From Octopus vulgaris (Eukaryota): 64,000 bases of DNA. The DNA is taken from positions 36,022,001-36,086,000 of the forward strand of contig OX597817.1 of NCBI GenBank assembly GCA_951406725.2, read 5' to 3'. A program made the position numbers and the translations under genes. Below, in pieces: positions 55,605 to 64,000 of the stretch. Each line of letters opens with the position of its first letter. Position 1 is the stretch's first letter. The notes beneath the pieces are model-generated. The model was not told the DNA's origin, did not search any database, and saw only the letters and a program-made list of their open reading frames with translations.

Positions 55605-57449
55605 AGCTACCAAGACTTTATAACAAAGTGTATCCTGTCTTGCAACCAACTGTCTATTATCATTACATTCACACTTCAATAAAGAAAACAGAATCAATCT
55701 CAATCTTAAAAACACTCCAGTGGAATAATTTCATGAAGCGGTAGAATTAGAGTTCACAGATTTCAACACCACAACAATCGCCACTAATACAGACACAGCA
55801 ATCTGTATTTTAATAAAATAACTGTAGAAGCTTCAGGAAAATATCCCATCCCACTAAGTGACAGTCCTACTATATCTCTACTATAACAAATCTCTGCTAT
55901 AATCCGACAAATATGTCAGGCAAAAGTAATATTAATAAAAGCGAGATGGTTACAAGTGAAACACGATAGACAAACACTCAAATCAAACCATAGAAACAGT
56001 CAACATAAAACCCAAACACTTATAAACAATCTCTACTACAACAAATCTCAAAAAATTACAGAGAACATAAAAAGTGTATATAACATCATCATATGGCTAC
56101 ACACAGACCATATATATTGACCAAATATTCAACTAAAATATACTCAAAATGAGAGACCATCTGTACATGAAAGGGTTTCTACATATGATCACACTTACAG
56201 TTATTCGTAGCATCCCAAACTATTACAACCATTACAATATCATCGTAAAAGGATTATCCGTTCCACTATGTCTAGAGAAAGAAAAATACATACACACAAA
56301 TTGGTTGCGGCACCAATGATCTTGTTAAGTGTCGTACACAGTGTCAGGAAGTATATTATCAGGGATGAATGCAAAAGAATAACAACCGCTCTGCTCTGAT
56401 CAATATCACGTTACAAACCTTGCTCTACAGACAGAAAAGAATAAGAAATTACATGAAACAAAGCCAGACTACCAGACTACAGTCAATATGATAAAGTACT
56501 TGTTTATTTAGAATAACCACCTGTGTACCATAGATCAGCTCCCTCATGGAAAGCAGGATTAAAATAACAGGAATAAAAAGAGCAACAAAATACAATGAAG
56601 AATATTAGAAATATCAATACAAGTAACAGTTACAAACACTTTCACCTTGGAACCATTACAAAGCTAGTGAAATACTTTATACGTAAGTCGTTCTAACAGT
56701 TAATACAATCGCCATGTCTTGCTTATTTCTAAGAATATGTAACATTCTGGGTACCACTACTACGTTTTTTTTATTCAATAACTCAATTCACTGAAAATTA
56801 ATAAACATAAAAAGAAAGATCCCCCATTGTAAAGCAAACCAAACAACAATGTTCCTGTTTTTAATTCAAATTTTGTTTTTCATCAGAAGTGGTCAACTTA
56901 TCTCTGATCACGAAAATCTAATTCACCTTGTGTTATTTTTCTTCTCGTTTTGAGTCTATACATATTCTGAAACTGCTTCCAACTATCTTCTAGCAATCTT
57001 TCTTTTCAACATTGCACGCTTATCGTTTCTGCAAGACTATAACAACAAACAACATTGGAATTATTGATCGATGATCAACTCTTTCGTACAGTATTAATCC
57101 GTTACAAAGTCAACTGAACAGGTTCGATTTACCTAACTTTTGATAACCTGACTGCAGTGAAGAGGCATTCCTAACATTTATAGTGTTTCCATGATGGCAA
57201 GTGATAATAATATAAAGGCAAAAAAAAAAACACAGCAAGAGGTCTTGGCTCACACCATCATTCGCTTTCATGAATACCTCTTCCATCTCTCTCAGTCCTC
57301 TTCGATCCGAGTCCTCATCGAGTGACGAAGTGGAGACGAGCCTATCGCAAAATGTCATCGTGGTGTAGAGACAAAAAATGGCTGCCCGTAGCTAAAAAGT
57401 GAAATGTTTGACGGAGCAACAACTGGGCCATTGACCAGCTACATATCAA

Positions 57450-57606
57450 CACCACCGGCATCACTACCAACATAACCAGCATCACCAGCAACACCAGCAC
57501 CACCAGCACCAGCAGCAGCAGCACCAGCACCAGCACCAGCACCAGCACCACTACCCACCACCACCACCACCACCACCACAACCACCACCACCATTACTAG
57601 CACCAG

Positions 57607-57673
<67 letters not shown>

Positions 57674-57680
57674 GCAACAA
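57450..57680. repeat. (CAC/CAG/CAA)n compound microsatellite
   Basis: Direct reading. Confidence 0.9.
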
Positions 57681-59699
57681 CCAAATCTGCAAAGACACCA
57701 TCAACAAAAGCAACAGTACAGAAACAAACTGTAGCAGCCACAAGAAAAGAAACAAAAATTAAGAACAAAACAATGAAAACAACAATAGCAACAATAACGG
57801 TGACAACAACAACAGCAGTGGAGGCACAATGGCCCAGTGGTTAGGGCAGCAGACTCGCGGTCATAAGAACGCGGTTTCGATTCCCAGACCGGGCATTGTG
57901 AATGTTTATTGAGCAAAAACACCTAAGCTCCACGAGGCTCTTTCACCACAACTTTCTCTCACTCTTTCTTCCTACTTCTGCCACAAAGCAGAGGAACCAT
58001 GGTGTAACCCACTATAGTATGGTAAACTTTCAGACACTAGTCTAGATTGCGAATACTCTGTATCCCAGGATGGTTAAGCTCTCCACTCGTTAAAAGCCAC
58101 CGTTTACGGAATGAGGATAACAGCGTTGCTTTGGCGCCCGTGCAACCGCCAGTCTATCGCGTGTGGTGGGTGGATCTTCAAATTGCCACACGCATTCTTA
58201 GTAGCTTAGAGTAGGCTCGAATTAGAGATTATTCTTTGTGGCTAATGGCGTGAGTTCTGATTGGAAGAAGACAGCAGCAGCAACTGCAGCAGCCCTTCAA
58301 GAATTTGGACCTGGAGATCTCCATTTTCAGCGACTTCGAGGGCCACCTCCCAGTGGTGTCAGGCGTCAATGAAGAGCCCTCGACTACAACAAGATGACCA
58401 AAGTTTTTTTTTTCAAGGTCTGGGGTCTCCCTCCCCTAAGCCCTAGACCATCACCTAATCACCCTTACCCGTCTTATTGCTTAACAACAACAATAACAGC
58501 AACTGCAGTAATAGAAACGCCAACAGTCTAATGCACAAAATTCTTGTTCTAACTAGAAACAAGATGAACTGATGAGGTACATAGCATGACAGAGAAAAAT
58601 ATTCAATCAAAAGAGGAAACCTTCGTGGAGTTCGACCCCAAACACCGAAAACTAGACTAAAGGGGACGATGTTAGGCGTTTTCATGACGCCAAGAGAAAA
58701 AAATTCATGTGACGTGGCCGTCTGTGCTCCGACCGGGACAGGACAGCCAAGTTTCTTTAGGCGCCCATAAGCGTTCTGGGGGAGAAGTTTGCACACTTAT
58801 GTCCTATTAAGAAACTGAAATAGAACTTTAGATACACATTGAGACAAAATTCGATTAACCAATATGAAAGGAAGTGAAACAACCATATACTCCTGTTCAG
58901 AAAGTTTCAGCTGACAGATATTGAACCAAGAGGATTATCTGAATGCACCAGTATATATATCAATTTAAAATAATAAGGGTGAAAAACTGAATATTAATTT
59001 GATTAATATCAATTTAAAACCAATGGTCTAGCATATAGAAAAATCTGAAGAATCATAAAAATTATATTACATATATATATAAGAGGGATGACCACAAAGT
59101 GGACATCCATAATGCTAGAAGTCGACCCTCTATGGTCTTACCACTAAGAAAGGCATGTTCTCAAGAACATAGCATTTGCTAAATTTTCTTTTAATCTTCA
59201 TATATATATAAATATATATATATGAAGATTAAAATAGTATTCCTGTCAGTTAGATAGTCATGTGTTGTCTCTGGCTTTGTCTATATGTTATTAACTATCT
59301 CTGCTAGCGCCTTCGGTGTCCCTGTTAAATATTTTTTAAATCAAAATTTTAGAATCTTATAGGGTACCAAGCTGGCAGAATTGTTAGTTCGCCAGGCAAA
59401 ATGCTTAGTGGCATTTCGTTCGTCTTTACATTCTGAGTTCAAATTCGTAGTGGTCGGCTTTGCATTTCATCCTTTCGAATCGATAAAATAAGTGCCAGTT
59501 GAGCGTTGGGGTTCAAAGCTATCGACTTGTCTCTTTTCCGAAATTGCTGGTCTTGTGCCAAAATTTGAATCCAAAATTTTGGAATCTTATCATGTAGTGC
59601 TTTCCAGTTTGCTTATTTCAACATTTACTCGACCTCTGTGTTTTTTTTGTGGCCTCTCACAGCTGCATAGATTCTGGGTCCGTTGTTTTGAACAAATTC

Positions 59700-60780
59700 C
59701 TTGATAGTGATTTATTCGCGACCCACGCTTTTTCAAAGTATTCTACTTATCTTGTTGATGTTTTGAATTCATTTCTATTCTATTTATACATACTTCTAGA
59801 TGAATCCATTTTGTGTTGGTGTGGAATTGCTTCTTTTGTTCAAACTTTTCATGCTGACAGATTCTTTACTATTTAGCCAGGATCACTAGTTTCATACACT
59901 TTTTAAAACTTGGATACTTTCTTTGTTATATTATACCTCTGTAGTGTTTGCCTTAGCCTTTTTCTGTTGTATTGTATGATATTGATTTCTATTAAGGATT
60001 AAGAGATCTTTTCCTTTATCTTCTGTCGTTTTCTTAATGTCTCTTTTCCGTGTTGCTTGCTTGAGTTTTGATATTCCATTATGAATGAATCTGATGGCAC
60101 AGCCAAATTACTTGCAAACAGCAGGTATTATTTTTTTAACCTGGTGATATTGATATTCGGGTCTGTTTTATTAGATCTGTAATGGCCAGGTTTTATTGTT
60201 GTTGCCATTTTGCTATTAAATTTTATCTTTGGAAGATACCTCCGTTGGTCCTTAGAGAAATCTATTCCTTTTAATTTTGAGAAATTATTTTCACATTTAC
60301 ATTTTTATGTTCATGGTTTCCATATTTAGAAATTTCTATTCTTAAAACCTTCCACATATTTCTTTTTACTAATATTTTTCTTTGTGTTGCTCAAATTTGG
60401 GTTTAGTTTATCAGAATTCTCTATCTCTCCAAGGGTTTGGGTGGTATTATGTTTAATTTATCTGTTTTGCGCTTGTTATGTCCATCTTTGTGATTTACGT
60501 TTCGCATGCTTTAAAAATACATTGCTTGTTTAGTGTTTGTTGCTTGTATTTGTGTTATGTTTTCTTTCTTTTCAGCCTTCTATTTCGAATCTTGATACGT
60601 TTCGTTTTTTTAAAATCTTTATTCTCATGTTAGCCCGTCTAGTGCTTACGTTACGTTTAAACCTGGGCAATTTTCCTTCTAGATTTTAATCGAGAATATT
60701 CCCATGGCTTCGTTTTGGGAAATTAATGAATCCCTGAAAAATATACATTTAGCACAGAAATATATTCCTTTCATCATCAT
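59700..60780 (-). mobile_element. Old degenerate 5' ORF region of an R4/Dong-like LINE
   Basis: Fragmentary motifs LANMRIKILK, RRYLPKI, GISKLKQ and RLRQTLQRYNI resemble R4-clade N-terminal regions; many stops. Confidence 0.4.
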
Positions 60781-61133
60781 TTATGCATTTGCTGTTTTAT
60801 TTGTAAGGCCCGATGAGGAAGGTCCACCCCATTATTTAAATTGTTATCATTCTTAACATGTTATCAGCTTAATTTTTTACTAATATCCATAGTTTTTATG
60901 TTCCATCTTTCATCTTTTCCTTATACTTAGAAATTACAAGTATGCATTTTAAAATTCACTATGGGTCGAATGATATCGCTTTTATGTGTACTATTTGGCA
61001 TCTTTTATAGGACGAAGTGATCAGTCTGAAGTTTATAAGAACTGTATAATTTATATGCACGCGGTAACAGAATGTAGACTTCTATGGAATATAAATTTAG
61101 CAATAGATTATTATTATTATTATTATTATTATT

Positions 61134-61551
61134 GAGTGAGAGAGCAGCGCATGCCATCGAAGTGACACTAGGATACAAATATACGAAGCCTAATATACCC
61201 ATCATGACTACCTGTCTGATAAAGGTACACCAGGCACATGCATCACAACCATATGTGCGTCACATGGTGATCTCATATCAAGATAAACAGCACATGATCT
61301 TGCAGGTGGACCCCAGTTAGAATTTTCTTCAGGTCGAGTAGCCCATCCCACTCAAAAGGTCCTCGAAAAAGGGTTGTTTTAAGAATGATGAACGAAACAC
61401 CCATGTTTCCAGAGGCGAATTATTCAAACCCTAAAGAAATCTGTGGTATTGAGCAGAATATTTGCTGTAGCCCATCTTTTATACCAAGACAAAACAATCA
61501 ATTAAGATCAAAAGCCATGAGAGCCACTGCCCGGTACTGCATCAAGGCATT
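61134..61551. mobile_element. Unclassified non-coding element inserted in (ATT)n
   Basis: About 420 bp of complex sequence with sharp borders and pure (ATT)n on both sides. Confidence 0.5.
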
Positions 61552-62329
<778 letters not shown>

Positions 62330-62330
<1 letters not shown>

Positions 62331-62890
62331 CAGTAATTTTATTTTTATTTTTATAGCGTGCTTTCACTTCACTACCGAGCGCAGCTCTGTGTGCCTTGGA
62401 TATGTGCTGTGATTTGTTGTGATGCTCTGATGGTTATTGTATGGAAAGTGTTCTGCGTAGGATGTGTGCAGTGCCTAGTAGTGCAATTTTCTGTATGTTA
62501 TATGTGTTTGTAAGTCCTGGTGTTTTTGTTATGTATTTGTCTGAATATTTTTTTATCATGCCTAATGCACCTACTATGATAGGAATTGTTTCTGTTTTCA
62601 GATTCCACATTCTAGTTACCTCTATTTCCAGGTCTTTGTATTTTGAGAGTTTCTCCATTTCTTTTAGAGACACGTTGTCATCTGCCGGTACTGATACATC
62701 AATTAAAAAGCATTTTTTTTCTTCATGATCTCTGACAACTATATCTGGTCTGTTGCCTTAATTTCTCTATCTGTGTGTATCGGCATATCCCAGAGTATGG
62801 TTGCTTTCTCGTTTTCTGTGACCTTTTCTGGTGTGTGCCTATACCATCTTTTTTCTGTTGTTATTCCATAATGTTGGCATAGCTTCCAAT

Positions 62891-62892
<2 letters not shown>
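62330..62892 (-). mobile_element. R4/Dong-like LINE 3' fragment, copy 2
   Basis: Near-identical to copy 1, extends to HWKLCQHYG, 1-bp deletion near 62755. Flanked by (ATT)n. Confidence 0.88.
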
Positions 62893-62960
<68 letters not shown>

Positions 62961-62968
62961 CATCATCA

Positions 62969-63029
<61 letters not shown>

Positions 63030-63613
63030 CATTATTATTATCATTATTATCATTATCATTATTATTGTTGTTATTATTTATCGAGTTTTATATTCCTTCT
63101 CATATTTGCATTACGCTATTCATGTCAACACATCGATATTAGTTGGTTGGTTCATTTGTTCATTTGTTTACAAGTGCGTGACTGCACAAATGTTGACGGC
63201 TAAATGTTATTCTCGCGTCATTGTTTCTCTGAAATGCTTTGTTTAATTCTGCTACCACAAACAACAATTGTTATGACGCCCCCCCCACATTCACTCCAAG
63301 TCTCATATCCTAAATATATAGATTAAAAAAAAAAACCCCAAAAAATCTTGTCTGTAAATTTACTTCATTGTGAGAAAATCGGAGTAGCAAAACTGTTAGT
63401 TACGATGTAAGAATATTTTTAGATTATGATAAAATATATCCACCGTAATGTTTATTTAGTATTCCGCGTCAGTTTTGTAGAAATGATTATTCTTCTTGGT
63501 TTACATTATGTTGTTCTGACCGTAACCCATTAAGTCCCAGAGTACTTAAATTTCTGAATATTACCTTTAAATGTTTACAGATGATTGAAAGAGATTAAAA
63601 TAAATAAAAAAAA

Positions 63614-64000
63614 GGATCTTTTCCCTTTGAACGGCAGATCGAGAAATTAATGTTTTGTAACTAAACACTTTCAGACTTCAGACACTGGTAGAATGTGTCA
63701 TATAAAACATCTTTTACTCTTAGTGTTGTTGAGAAAAGTTTATATTTTCAAAGTTATTTCGTGTTAAAGTAGTCGTATTTCGGTAATTTCAGTGACAAAC
63801 GAAATAAACACCGCCGGAAGTTTTTGTGGATAAACAACCGCAGTAATTTTATTCAGCTGAATACACGTCATTGATTGGTTGAAATTACCGAAATACGACT
63901 ACTTTAACACGAAATAACTTTGAAAATACAAACTTTTCTCAACAACACTAAGAGTAAAAGATGTTTTATATGACACATTCTACCAGTGTCTAAAGTCAAG
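63614..64000. mobile_element. Foldback MITE related to 19888-20712, cut by window end
   Basis: Starts GGATCTTTTCCCTTTGAACGGCAG; ~120-bp inverted arms at about 63672-63791 and 63880-63997. Confidence 0.75.

Overview
Eukaryotic, AT-rich, repeat-dense DNA. The SINE families, microsatellites and [17 protein letters not shown]-type C2H2 genes look like an Octopus (coleoid cephalopod) genome; this is an inference. Core layout: two paralogous C2H2 zinc-finger genes point towards each other (+ strand 23.4-24.6 kb; - strand 43.2-41.2 kb). Both are broken at the same place, just after the linker following finger 5: one by a 2-bp deletion, the other by a CR1/L2-type LINE insertion. Between them is an intact 5-exon gene (29299-37503, +) that the ORF track shows only in fragments. 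It encodes a 281-301 aa secreted protein with a PAN/apple-like N-terminal part and an uncharacterised, possibly fibrinogen/intelectin-like, C-terminal domain. Its intron 2 holds an A-B-A-B-A 908-bp-period duplication with a recombinant middle copy. The rest is transposon debris: tRNA-SINEs with swapped tails and nested insertions, RTE, CR1, (TAA)n-inserted R4/Dong-like LINEs, Helitrons, mariner/hAT/Merlin-like MITEs, and a Penelope-like terminus with a degenerate hammerhead. There are many microsatellites and one 100-N gap. Most ORFs in the supplied track are microsatellite or SINE artefacts. No prokaryotic systems or CRISPR arrays were found.
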